36,954 nucleotides of DNA from NCBI GenBank assembly GCA_021199405.1, contig JAJQID010000078.1, forward strand, positions 1 to 36,954. The letters are read 5' to 3'. The DNA is from Lachnospiraceae bacterium (GTDB taxonomy: Bacteria > Bacillota > Clostridia > Lachnospirales > Lachnospiraceae). Made by a program: the position numbers and the translations under genes. Numbering within the stretch: the stretch's first letter is position 1; each line of letters opens with the position of its first letter. This document shows, piece after piece, positions 6,906 to 15,752 of this stretch. The notes under the pieces were generated by a model. The model ran no database searches. It worked only from the letters and a program-made list of their open reading frames with translations, and was not told the DNA's origin.

Positions 6906-8318
6906 ATGCGTAAAACAAAGATTATCTGCACCATCGGACCGGCATGCAATAATGAGCAGGTGCTGACGGATATGTGCCTTGCCGGCATGAATGTGGCAAG
7001 GCTGAATTTCTCCCATGGTACCCATGAGGGGCATGGAGAGACCATTGCGCTGATCAAAAAGGTGCGGGAGAAGCTGGGGCTTCCCATCGCCATTATGCTG
7101 GACACCAAGGGACCGGAGTACAGAATCAAGACCTTTGAAAACGGGAAGGTGACCCTGAAGGAGGGGGATCTGTTTACCCTGACAAGCGAGGACGTGGTGG
7201 GGGATGAGACCAGGGTTTCCGTGACCTACGATAAGCTGGCGGAGAATCTGAAACCCGGAGATACGGTACTGGTGAATAACGGTCTGATCATTCTTCAGGT
7301 GCAGGAAATTCAGGGGAAGGACGCCGTCTGCAAGGTCATGGCAGGCGGAGTTTTAAGCGATCGCAAGAGTATGAATTTCCCCAATAAGGTCATGGATCAC
7401 GACTATCTCAGCGAGCAGGACAAGGCGGATATTCTTTTTGGCATTGAAAATGATGTGGATTTTGTGGCGGCTTCCTTTGTTTCCAATAAAAAGGACGTGA
7501 CGGATCTGCGCAATTTCCTGAATGCTCATGGCGGCAAGCAGGTGGAGATTGTGGCCAAGATTGAGAATCGCTCCGGCGTGGACAATGTGGACGCTATCTG
7601 CGAGGTAGCCGACGGCGTTATGGTGGCCAGAGGAGATCTGGGCGTGGAGATTCCCGGCGTGGAGGTGCCCTCCGTGCAGAAGTATCTGATCAATAAATGC
7701 CGTATGCTGGGCAGCCGGGTTATCACCGCCACTGAGATGCTGGAGAGCATGATTCAGCATCCCCGTCCCACCAGAGCTGAGCTCTCCGATGTGGCAAACG
7801 CCGTCTATGACGGCACTTCTGCCATCATGCTTTCCGGGGAGACCGCCGCGGGCAAATATCCGGTGAAGGCTGTGAAAACCATGGCGGAAATCGCGGAATA
7901 CACGGAAAAGCAGATCAATTACAGGACCCTTTTCTATAAGACAGACTTTGAGGCGCAGAACAATCTGGACGCCATCTCCCATGCCACGGCCGCCATGGCC
8001 ATTGACGTGGGGGCAAAGGCTATCGTGGTCAATTCCTTAAGCGGCAGAACCGCCCGGCTGGTCAGCCGTTTCCGCTGCCCGGTAGATATTCTGGGCATGA
8101 CCACCTCCGAGAGCGTGTGGCGCAAGCTGAATTTAAGCTGGGGCGTGACGCCGGTGCTCTGCGAGGAGGTCACCTCTATGGATGTGATGTTCTATTTCGC
8201 CATGCTGAAGGCGAAGGAAACCTTCCATCTGCAGAAGGGCGACAATGTGGTGCTGACCGGCGGTCAGATCGGCGGCAGAAAGGGCAATACCAACACCATT
8301 AAGGTGGAGGAGGTTTAA
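6906..8318 (+). CDS. pyk: Pyruvate kinase
   Basis: Motifs RKTKIICTIGPA, NFSHG, MLDTKGPEYR and MVARGDLGVEIP. It is 470 aa with no PEP-utiliser extension. Confidence 0.95.
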   Translation: MRKTKIICTIGPACNNEQVLTDMCLAGMNVARLNFSHGTHEGHGETIALIKKVREKLGLPIAIMLDTKGPEYRIKTFENGKVTLKEGDLFTLTSEDVVGDETRVSVTYDKLAENLKPGDTVLVNNGLIILQVQEIQGKDAVCKVMAGGVLSDRKSMNFPNKVMDHDYLSEQDKADILFGIENDVDFVAASFVSNKKDVTDLRNFLNAHGGKQVEIVAKIENRSGVDNVDAICEVADGVMVARGDLGVEIPGVEVPSVQKYLINKCRMLGSRVITATEMLESMIQHPRPTRAELSDVANAVYDGTSAIMLSGETAAGKYPVKAVKTMAEIAEYTEKQINYRTLFYKTDFEAQNNLDAISHATAAMAIDVGAKAIVVNSLSGRTARLVSRFRCPVDILGMTTSESVWRKLNLSWGVTPVLCEEVTSMDVMFYFAMLKAKETFHLQKGDNVVLTGGQIGGRKGNTNTIKVEEV

Positions 8319-8333
8319 AGCGGGAAACAGAAA

Positions 8334-8368
8334 GCAAAAGGAGCAGGCCAGCCGGCGGCTCCTTTTGC
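8334..8368 (+). terminator. Hairpin after pyk
   Basis: GCAAAAGGAGC (8334-8344) pairs with GCTCCTTTTGC (8358-8368), an 11-bp stem. No clear T-run follows. Confidence 0.4.
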
Positions 8369-8405
8369 GTAAGGGAATACAGGAAGAAGAGGGGGACCTG
8401 GAATA

Positions 8406-9464
8406 ATGAGCGGAAAATTATTTGTCGGTACGCTGTCTGCACTGCTAATCCTGATGCTTGTCGCTTGCAGTGGGAATATGGCAGATTCAGGTGACGGGGA
8501 ACAGGAGGCAGCCAATGCGGGAGCAGATGTGGAGATTTCCATAACGGAGGAAAGTGAAACGGAAGCCTCTTTGAGCGGACCAGGCTTCACAGTGACGGAG
8601 ATCGAAGGCTGTAATTTTCCTCAGGCGCCGTCTCAGTTTACTTTTTTCAATTTAAATCCCTGTGTGGGCGCAGACCAGACGGTTTACCTGTATGAGGATG
8701 GCGGCTGGATTATTTATGAGAGCTATCAGAAGATGGCTGAGGTTTATCCCGGTGATAATTTCTGTGCTGTTTCTGTGGATGGAGAAATCATCGCCGACCT
8801 GCCGGAGGAGTCTGAGTATCAAAGCTATGGTCTGGGCTCCGCGGGAATATTTTACAATGCGGATGAGATCGTAAAACAGACTGCAGACAGGAAGGTAAGG
8901 CAGTTAAATAAAAACATTGTCAATGAAGAGGTGATGGTTCTGTACGAGGACGGGCAGGTGGAGCTGTTCAACGCTGGAACAGGATATTCCGTCACGGATT
9001 CTCTTGCTGAAGAGGAGACCGTGGAGGAGATCTCGGGCAGCTTCCTGCGGACGGCCTCAGGGAAGGTGTATCTGGTAAAATATCGTTTTCATGAGTCTGA
9101 TTCATCAGGATCCGTTACCTTAAGTCAGGTTTCAACAGACCGGATTGTCAGCATATCTGCCTGCGCCTCCGCAGACAGATGTATCGCCGTGAAGAGTGAT
9201 GGAACTGTGGAGGTATACTCTGATATGGAACAGGAGTTGGGGGCTGATTTTGAGAGAATTGAAACGGTCTGCATGGGGTATAGCTGCTGTGTCGCCGTGG
9301 ATGAGGATGGAAGGGCGCATTTTTCGGCTTACGACAGCGGGATGGAGGAGGAGATTGATTTATATCTGGCGGGACTGGAAGGAAATGTGATTTATGCCGC
9401 ATGCAGCTATCAGGGGATAGCGGTGCTGCTTGAGGATTACAGTATATGTGTGATTGATTTTTAA
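8406..9464 (+). CDS. Hypothetical lipoprotein with RCC1/beta-propeller-like repeats
   Basis: Signal peptide with lipobox LVAC. There are repeated short strands such as CIAVKSDGTVEVYSD, CCVAVDEDGRAHFSAY and GIAVLLEDYSICVIDF. No catalytic motif was recognised. Confidence 0.65.
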   Translation: MSGKLFVGTLSALLILMLVACSGNMADSGDGEQEAANAGADVEISITEESETEASLSGPGFTVTEIEGCNFPQAPSQFTFFNLNPCVGADQTVYLYEDGGWIIYESYQKMAEVYPGDNFCAVSVDGEIIADLPEESEYQSYGLGSAGIFYNADEIVKQTADRKVRQLNKNIVNEEVMVLYEDGQVELFNAGTGYSVTDSLAEEETVEEISGSFLRTASGKVYLVKYRFHESDSSGSVTLSQVSTDRIVSISACASADRCIAVKSDGTVEVYSDMEQELGADFERIETVCMGYSCCVAVDEDGRAHFSAYDSGMEEEIDLYLAGLEGNVIYAACSYQGIAVLLEDYSICVIDF

Positions 9465-9563
9465 ACGACTGGTGTGATCTGACGGTTACACTGAGAATTC
9501 TGACCTGTGTGGTCCGGACATTTTGATATACGAAAGAGGAAGGAATAAGCATATTTTTCTGGA

Positions 9564-9592
9564 TTGAAAATATACCATAAATATGATAAGAT
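9564..9592 (+). promoter_or_regulatory. Predicted promoter of pyrE
   Basis: TTGAAA (9564-9569), a 17-nt spacer, then TAAGAT (9587-9592) preceded by TGa (extended -10). Confidence 0.45.
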
Positions 9593-9637
9593 CGAACAGT
9601 CAGAAACAGAACGATATTCAAAGTCGGGAGGAAGAAA

Positions 9638-10312
9638 ATGGAACAGTACAAGCAGGATTTTATCGGATTTATGGTGGACTCTCATGTGCTCAAATTCGGT
9701 GAGTTTACTTTAAAGAGCGGCAGGCAGAGCCCCTTTTTTATGAACGCGGGAGCTTATGTGACCGGCGCTCAGCTGCAGAAGCTGGGAGAGTATTACGCAA
9801 GAGCGATTCATGAGAATTTCGGAGATGATTTTGATGTGCTGTTTGGACCGGCCTATAAGGGAATTCCGCTGTCTGTGGCCACAGTGATCGCCTATTCTCA
9901 GCTGTATGGAAAGGAAATCCGTTATTGCTCCAACCGCAAGGAGGTCAAGGACCACGGGGATAAGGGCATTCTGCTGGGCAGCGATTTAAAGGACGGAGAC
10001 CGGGTGGTGATCATCGAGGATGTGACCACATCGGGCAAATCTATTGAGGAGACCTGTCCGATTCTGAAGGCTCAGGCGGATGTGGAGGTGAAGGGTCTGA
10101 TGGTGTCCTTAAACCGAATGGAGAAGGGAAAGGACGGTCAGGTCAGCGCCCTGCAGGAGATTAAGGAAAAATACGGGATCGAAGCCCGCTCCATTGTGAC
10201 CATGGCAGAGGTGACGGAGTATCTGTACAATCGTCCCTATCGCGGCCAGATTGTGATCGACGATACCATCAAGGCCGCACTGGACGCTTATTACGCGCAG
10301 TATGGCGCCTGA
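9638..10312 (+). CDS. pyrE: Orotate phosphoribosyltransferase
   Basis: Motifs FTLKSGRQSPFFMN and PRPP-binding VVIIEDVTTSGKS. RBS GGGAGGAAG. Confidence 0.95.
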   Translation: MEQYKQDFIGFMVDSHVLKFGEFTLKSGRQSPFFMNAGAYVTGAQLQKLGEYYARAIHENFGDDFDVLFGPAYKGIPLSVATVIAYSQLYGKEIRYCSNRKEVKDHGDKGILLGSDLKDGDRVVIIEDVTTSGKSIEETCPILKAQADVEVKGLMVSLNRMEKGKDGQVSALQEIKEKYGIEARSIVTMAEVTEYLYNRPYRGQIVIDDTIKAALDAYYAQYGA

Positions 10313-10339
10313 GGAGCCTCATTGACAGATGACGGAGAC

Positions 10340-10402
10340 GGAATGGCTGCTTATGCAGCCGGCGAGCGACACTATGGTAAACGACATAAAGTCGTTTATT
10401 AC
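10340..10402. repeat. 63-nt two-hairpin module, copy B
   Basis: Same architecture as 1250-1312: GGCTGC-TTAT-GCAGCC, then TATGGTAAACGAC-ATAAA-GTCGTTTATTAC. The differences fall in the first hairpin's loop, the linker and the outer base of the second stem. Both core stems are unchanged. Confidence 0.8.
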
Positions 10403-10449
10403 AAAATAAATGACGGAAAATATGAAAGAATAATGTCAGGAGGACTAAA

Positions 10450-10602
10450 ATGCAGGAAAAAATTCACAAAAGCATGTCAGTGGTAGGAAGCATGAGCATT
10501 GTTGTCGGAGTTGTCACCATCATAGTCGGCGTGGCCGGAGGTATTCTGATGATTGTGGGCGGAGGCAGGCTGTTAAAGGAGCGGAATAAGCTGATATTTT
10601 GA
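10450..10602 (+). CDS. Unannotated 50-aa small membrane protein
   Basis: It is below the ORF-track cutoff. The sequence is MQEKIHKSMSVVGSMSIVVGVVTIIVGVAGGILMIVGGGRLLKERNKLIF. The RBS CAGGAGGA ends 6 nt before the ATG at 10450. It has one Gly/Val-rich TM helix. Confidence 0.45.
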   Translation: MQEKIHKSMSVVGSMSIVVGVVTIIVGVAGGILMIVGGGRLLKERNKLIF

Positions 10603-10784
10603 TGATACCAGGGTCAGAAAGTCATGAATGGAGCGCTTGCGATCCAATTCATGAATTATGGCCCGCCAAAACATGAGAAAGTAGCCATTTTTCGCAGAAA
10701 AATGAGCGGATTTCGAATGTTTTGAGGATTTCGGGAGCGCAAAGCGCGAAGAAATCCGGGGTATCAGATGTTTGGCGATAAAAA

Positions 10785-11102
10785 ATGAAAAAAGGAAAAA
10801 GAAAATTCAAATATGTGGTCAAAACCCATAAGCCCTCGGGGATTCTGGGCTTTACGTTCGGTCTGATCAACGTGGCGGGGCTGGCTCTTCTGACATACAG
10901 AACCTTTTCCATGCGGGGAGAGGCTACCCTGTCCATGGGCTTTGCGGCCTTTCTGATGATGGTGCTGTCGGTGGCGGGGCTGATCATGTCCCTGATCTGT
11001 ATCTCCGATGGGGAGCAGTTTCACCGTTTTGGCTGGATTGGCCTTGTCTGTAATCTGGCGGCGCTGGCAAGTCTGGCATGGATTTTTAACGCGGGATTGT
11101 AA
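10785..11102 (+). CDS. Small multi-TM membrane protein of unknown function (105 aa)
   Basis: Basic N-terminus followed by three hydrophobic segments, directly upstream of purE. No convincing RBS, so the call rests on ORF length and TM-like composition. Confidence 0.5.
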   Translation: MKKGKRKFKYVVKTHKPSGILGFTFGLINVAGLALLTYRTFSMRGEATLSMGFAAFLMMVLSVAGLIMSLICISDGEQFHRFGWIGLVCNLAALASLAWIFNAGL

Positions 11103-11136
11103 AACAAAACTTTTTTTGATAACGGGAGGATAAAGG

Positions 11137-11637
11137 ATGGCACAGGTTGGAATTGTGATGGGCAGTGATTCGGATATGCCCGTGATGGCGAAGGCGGCGG
11201 ACATTCTGGAGCAGCTGGGGATTTCCTATGAGATGGCGATTATCTCAGCCCACAGGGAGCCGGATGTGTTTTATGAGTATGCGAAGGGAGCGGAGGCGAA
11301 GGGGTTCAAGGTGATTATCGCGGGAGCGGGCATGGCAGCTCATCTGCCGGGTATGTGCGCGGCAATTTTTCCCATGCCTGTGATTGGAATTCCGATGCAT
11401 ACCTCCAGTCTGGGAGGAAGGGATTCTCTGTATTCCATCGTGCAGATGCCAAGCGGGATTCCTGTGGCCACGGTGGCTATCAACGGCGGAGCCAACGCCG
11501 GGCTTCTGGCGGCAAAGATTCTGGCCACGTCCGATCCGGCGCTTTTGCAGAGGCTGAAGGAGTATTCGGCGTCGCTAAAGGAGTCGGTGCAGAAGAAAGA
11601 TGCAAGGCTGCAGGAGGTCGGATATAAAAATTATTGA
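11137..11637 (+). CDS. purE: 5-(carboxyamino)imidazole ribonucleotide mutase
   Basis: Motifs VGIVMGSDSD and IIAGAGMAAHLPGM. RBS GGGAGGA. Confidence 0.95.
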   Translation: MAQVGIVMGSDSDMPVMAKAADILEQLGISYEMAIISAHREPDVFYEYAKGAEAKGFKVIIAGAGMAAHLPGMCAAIFPMPVIGIPMHTSSLGGRDSLYSIVQMPSGIPVATVAINGGANAGLLAAKILATSDPALLQRLKEYSASLKESVQKKDARLQEVGYKNY

Positions 11638-11751
11638 CTTGAAGGGGCGGCTGGTTCTCGGAATGAGAGTATAGTAAATGACTATATGCCGTTTTGAGTC
11701 TGCCGGCAGCAAATGCCTGCGGGTAATACATATATGAGGAGAATGTATACT

Positions 11752-12777
11752 ATGGATTATAAAAACGCTGGAGTGGATATTGAGGCAGGCTATCGTTCGG
11801 TAGAGCTGATGAAGGAGCATGTAAAAAAGACCATGCGGCCTGAGGTGCTGGGAGGAATCGGCGGCTTTTCCGGCGCCTTTTCCCTGGAGAAAATCAAGGA
11901 CATGAAGGAGCCGGTGCTTCTGTCCGGCACGGACGGCGTGGGCACCAAAATCAAGCTGGCTTTTCTGATGGATAGGCACGATACGGTGGGAATCGACTGT
12001 GTGGCCATGTGCGTCAACGATGTGGCCTGCGCGGGCGGCGAGCCGTTATTTTTCCTGGATTATATCGCCTGTGGCAAAAATATTCCGGAAAAGATCGCCC
12101 AGATTGTCAAGGGCGTGGCGGAAGGGTGTCTGCAGTCCGGCGCGGCTCTGATTGGCGGGGAGACCGCGGAGCATCCGGACTTAATGCCGGAGGAGGAATA
12201 TGACCTGGCAGGCTTTACCGTAGGCGTAGCGGAGCGGTCGGAGATGATCACGGGAGAGAATATCAGGCCCGGGGATGTGCTGGTGGGAATCGCCTCCTCC
12301 GGAGTTCATTCCAACGGCTTTTCTCTGGTGCGCAAGGTCTTTGATATGACTTTGGAGAGCCTGAATACTTATTATGAGGAGTTGGGCGCTACGCTGGGGG
12401 AAACGCTTTTGACGCCCACCCGCATCTATGTAAAAGCGTTAAAGAGGGTAAAGGAAGCGGGGATTACCATCAAGGGGTGCAGCCATATTACCGGCGGTGG
12501 TTTTTATGAGAATATTCCCCGCATGCTGCCGGAGGGCATCCGGGCCGTGGTGGAGAAGGACAGCTATCCAATTCCGCCGATTTTTGATTTGCTGCAAAAG
12601 AAGGGTGATATCGCGGAGCAGATGATGTACAATACCTACAATATGGGACTGGGTATGGTGCTGGCTGTGGATGCAGCTGATGCGGAGGCTGCAGTGAAAG
12701 TCCTGCAGGCAGCGGGAGAGCAGGCGTATATCGTTGGGCGCTGCGAGGCCGGAGAAAAGGGCGTAGATCTGTGTTAA
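11752..12777 (+). CDS. purM: Phosphoribosylformylglycinamidine cyclo-ligase (AIR synthetase)
   Basis: Motifs [26 protein letters not shown] and GGETAEHP. The start is ATG 11752 (MDYKNAG), after GAGGAG. Confidence 0.95.
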   Translation: MDYKNAGVDIEAGYRSVELMKEHVKKTMRPEVLGGIGGFSGAFSLEKIKDMKEPVLLSGTDGVGTKIKLAFLMDRHDTVGIDCVAMCVNDVACAGGEPLFFLDYIACGKNIPEKIAQIVKGVAEGCLQSGAALIGGETAEHPDLMPEEEYDLAGFTVGVAERSEMITGENIRPGDVLVGIASSGVHSNGFSLVRKVFDMTLESLNTYYEELGATLGETLLTPTRIYVKALKRVKEAGITIKGCSHITGGGFYENIPRMLPEGIRAVVEKDSYPIPPIFDLLQKKGDIAEQMMYNTYNMGLGMVLAVDAADAEAAVKVLQAAGEQAYIVGRCEAGEKGVDLC

Positions 12778-12856
12778 GGCTGCTGGCTGATGAAAAGAAA
12801 CGGCCTTATGTAAAAGTCTGGATTTCATTATAAGACCGGAGAAAAGGAGTAGACCT

Positions 12857-13471
12857 ATGCTGAAAATCGTAGTGTGCGTGTCCGGCGGGGGCACCAATCT
12901 GCAGGCAATCATGGACGCCATGGACAGTGGAAAAATTACAAATACCGAGATCATGGCGGTGATCAGCAACAACGCCCGCGCGAAAGCGCTGGACCGGGCG
13001 AAAAATCATGGCGTTCCGGCGCTGTGCCTTTCCCCCAAAAGCTATCCGGATCGTGGAGCCTTCAATGAGGCTTTTACAAAGAAGATGGAGGAGTTGAATC
13101 CCGACCTGATTGTGCTGGCCGGCTTCCTGGTGGCCATTCCGCCGGCTATGGTGGATGCCTTTGAGGGACGGATCATCAACATCCACCCAGCATTAATTCC
13201 CTCCTTCTGCGGTGTGGGGTATTACGGCCTGCATGTGCATGAAAAGGCGCTGGAGTACGGCGTCAAGGTGACCGGAGCCACGGTGCATTTTGTAGATAAG
13301 GGAATGGATACCGGCAGGATCATTTCCCAGAAGGCGGTGTATGTGCAGGAGGGCGATACGCCGGAGGTATTACAGAGAAGGGTCATGGAGGAGGCAGAGT
13401 GGGTATTGCTGCCTCAGGCCATCGACGATATTGCCAACGGGAGGATACGACTGTCAGGGAAGAGTGTATGA
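12857..13471 (+). CDS. purN: Phosphoribosylglycinamide formyltransferase
   Basis: Motifs VCVSGGGTNLQAI and NIHPALIPSFCG. RBS AAGGAG. Confidence 0.95.
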   Translation: MLKIVVCVSGGGTNLQAIMDAMDSGKITNTEIMAVISNNARAKALDRAKNHGVPALCLSPKSYPDRGAFNEAFTKKMEELNPDLIVLAGFLVAIPPAMVDAFEGRIINIHPALIPSFCGVGYYGLHVHEKALEYGVKVTGATVHFVDKGMDTGRIISQKAVYVQEGDTPEVLQRRVMEEAEWVLLPQAIDDIANGRIRLSGKSV

Positions 13472-13622
13472 CGCTACCGATGGCAGGACACGAATGTGAG
13501 AGACAAATATATGTCATACTGCCTGATCATGAGAGCAGTTGGATCAATAACAATTGGTATGCATGTCACTGATCAGGTGGCAGGTTGTATGATCAAATGG
13601 ATATGACAGGATGGGAGAAAAC

Positions 13623-14888
13623 ATGAAGATATTGATTGTGGGCGGCGGCGGCAGAGAGCACGCCATCGCCATGAGTGTGGCAAAGAGTCAGAAGGTAAGC
13701 AAAATATACTGTGCACCGGGCAATGCCGGTATCGCGCAGATTGCGGAATGCGTGCCCATCGGCGCCATGGAGTTTGATGCTCTGGCAGCTTTTGCCAGGG
13801 AAAAGGAAATTGACCTGGCCATCGTGGGTATGGACGACCCGTTGGTGGGCGGTCTGGTGGATGTCTTTGAGAAAAACGGTATCCGTGCCTTTGGTCCCAG
13901 GGCGAACGCCGCCATTCTGGAGGGCAGCAAGGCTTTTTCCAAGGATTTAATGAAAAAATATCATATTCCCACCGCAGCTTATGAGACCTTTGATGACCCG
14001 GATGCCGCTCTGAATTATCTGGAAACAGCCAGAATGCCTATTGTGCTGAAGGCGGATGGTCTGGCGCTGGGCAAGGGTGTGCTGATCTGCAATACCTTAG
14101 AGGAAGCAAAGGCCGGTGTGAAAACCATTATGCTGGACAAGCAGTTTGGCAGCGCCGGCAATCACATGGTGGTGGAGGAATTCATGACCGGCCGTGAGGT
14201 CAGCGTCCTTTCTTTTGTGGATGGAAAGACCATTAAGACCATGACCAGCGCCCAGGATCATAAGCGGGCGGGGGATGGCGACACGGGTCTGAATACCGGA
14301 GGTATGGGTACCTTCTCCCCCAGTCCTTTCTATACGAAGGAAATTGACGCCATTTGTCAGGAGGCCATCTATAAACCGACGGTTGCGGCCATGGCTGCGG
14401 AGGGCAGGCCCTTCAGGGGCATCATTTTCTTTGGACTGATGCTGACCGCGGACGGCCCGAAGGTTTTAGAGTACAATGCCCGTTTCGGCGATCCGGAGGC
14501 GCAGGTGGTGCTGCCAAGGATGGAGAATGATATCATTGAGGTGATGGAGGCCTGCATCGACGGCACTCTGGATCAGATAGATCTGAAATTCACAGATAAC
14601 GCCGCAGTCTGCGTGGTGCTGGCAAGCGATGGCTATCCGGTACATTATGAGAAAGGGAAGCTGATGACCGGCTTCGAAGCCTTTGAAGGGAAGGACGATT
14701 ATTTCTGCTTCCATGCGGGCACCAAGGCGACGGAGGACGGCATTGTCACCAACGGCGGCAGAGTTGTCGGGATTACAGCCACCGGCGCGGATTTAAAGGA
14801 AGCTCGCGCGAAGGCTTACGCGGCTACCGAATGGATAGATTTTGAAGGAAAATATATGCGCCATGATATCGGGGCGGCGATTATGTGA
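13623..14888 (+). CDS. purD: Phosphoribosylamine-glycine ligase
   Basis: Motifs MKILIVGGGGREHA and VLEYNARFGDPE. The start is ATG 13623, after GGGAGA; ATG 13611 is an alternative. Confidence 0.95.
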   Translation: MKILIVGGGGREHAIAMSVAKSQKVSKIYCAPGNAGIAQIAECVPIGAMEFDALAAFAREKEIDLAIVGMDDPLVGGLVDVFEKNGIRAFGPRANAAILEGSKAFSKDLMKKYHIPTAAYETFDDPDAALNYLETARMPIVLKADGLALGKGVLICNTLEEAKAGVKTIMLDKQFGSAGNHMVVEEFMTGREVSVLSFVDGKTIKTMTSAQDHKRAGDGDTGLNTGGMGTFSPSPFYTKEIDAICQEAIYKPTVAAMAAEGRPFRGIIFFGLMLTADGPKVLEYNARFGDPEAQVVLPRMENDIIEVMEACIDGTLDQIDLKFTDNAAVCVVLASDGYPVHYEKGKLMTGFEAFEGKDDYFCFHAGTKATEDGIVTNGGRVVGITATGADLKEARAKAYAATEWIDFEGKYMRHDIGAAIM

Positions 14889-14959
14889 TGAATAATAAAT
14901 TGCCTGGGTTAGGACATGCTACAGTGCTTTAAAGTGCTGAATGGCAGGTCGGAAAACAA

Positions 14960-14994
14960 AATGCCGTGTGGATTTTTTCTTTCCGCACGGCATT
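14960..14994. terminator. Hairpin between convergent purD and the toxin gene
   Basis: AATGCCGTG (14960-14968) pairs with CACGGCATT (14986-14994), with a T-rich loop and A/T-rich flanks. Confidence 0.5.
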
Positions 14995-15006
14995 GCTTTG
15001 CAGCTT

Positions 15007-15297
15007 TTAAAAAAGATAGTTTCTCAATTCATTGTAAAAATTTTCTCTGGTTCCTGCCATGATGATAACTAAAATTTTGTCGTCCAGATAATTGATTCTG
15101 TAGGCAAGCTCATAATTTGTCCGATTGTAATAGATATCATAACAGTATATGCCGTTCAGATCCCCGGTTTTTCGTTCTCCGATTTCAGGGTTTTCGCGAA
15201 GTTCATTTATTGCATCTTCATATAGCTTTTTCAGCTTTTTATCTTTCAGCTTCTTAAAGTATTTTCTGGCGGGAGGTAGAAAGATAATTTCAGCCAT
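15007..15297 (-). CDS. RelE/ParE-superfamily type II toxin (96 aa)
   Basis: The size, the C-terminal pattern YELAYRINYLDDKILVIIMAGTRENFY, and the position 5 nt downstream of a small antitoxin gene all fit. Confidence 0.8.
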   Translation of the reverse strand: MAEIIFLPPARKYFKKLKDKKLKKLYEDAINELRENPEIGERKTGDLNGIYCYDIYYNRTNYELAYRINYLDDKILVIIMAGTRENFYNELRNYLF

Positions 15298-15302
15298 ATT
15301 GA

Positions 15303-15668
15303 TTAATCCTCCTCACCGAATACTTCTTCAAAGGTATAAAATTTACCTTCACCGTGAGCCGCCTGATCCGCTTCCCTGATCATTTTCTCGACTGCGGGAC
15401 GGACCTGGCTTTGCCGCTTTCTGAACTCAGCCAGCAATGTCTTGCCACTGTATCCCTCGTTGATTAAATCCTCGAGGATCAGATCAGCGAACTCTCCGCT
15501 GTCAGTGTGATTTGCAGGTCTGATAATCAGTTCATCTTCCAGTAAAATGCACTCCGCCCTGTCATGAAAGTCTAACTCCGCAAAAAATTTCTGGGGAATG
15601 GTGATCTGACGCTTGGACGAAATACTTACGGTTCGTCTGTCAAGTACAATGTCAGCATTCTGCAACAT
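15303..15668 (-). CDS. Type II antitoxin with N-terminal SpoVT/AbrB-like DNA-binding domain
   Basis: SISSKRQITIPQKFFAELDF is an AbrB/MazE-type looped-hinge motif. The C-terminal half is acidic. The start is ATG 15668, 9 nt after AGGAG; the track's GTG 15677 abuts the RBS. Confidence 0.8.
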   Translation of the reverse strand: MLQNADIVLDRRTVSISSKRQITIPQKFFAELDFHDRAECILLEDELIIRPANHTDSGEFADLILEDLINEGYSGKTLLAEFRKRQSQVRPAVEKMIREADQAAHGEGKFYTFEEVFGEED

Positions 15669-15752
15669 AGGCAACACCTCCTTCGCTTTGCGCTTGGTTT
15701 CTTTGCACTTTGAATTATTATACGCTATGAGAAAACTGCTGTCAATGTTTTT

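Noticed and set aside
1250-10402. Two direct copies of the 63-nt module flank a 9-kb segment, which could mark the ends of an integrated element (att-like repeats).
   Set aside because: The enclosed genes are core metabolism (pyrF, pyk, pyrE, an amino-acid ABC transporter). There is no integrase, transposase or compositional shift. A dispersed structured repeat is more parsimonious.
11638-11751. I looked for guanine/adenine, ZTP (pfl) or PRPP riboswitches and PurR boxes upstream of purE and purM, and for PyrR binding loops (ARUCCAGAGAGGYU) in the pyrF (2794-2909) and pyrE (9593-9637) leaders.
   Set aside because: None of the conserved cores was found by eye. The AAACGAC inverted repeat of the module only superficially resembles a PurBox (which has a CGAAC core).
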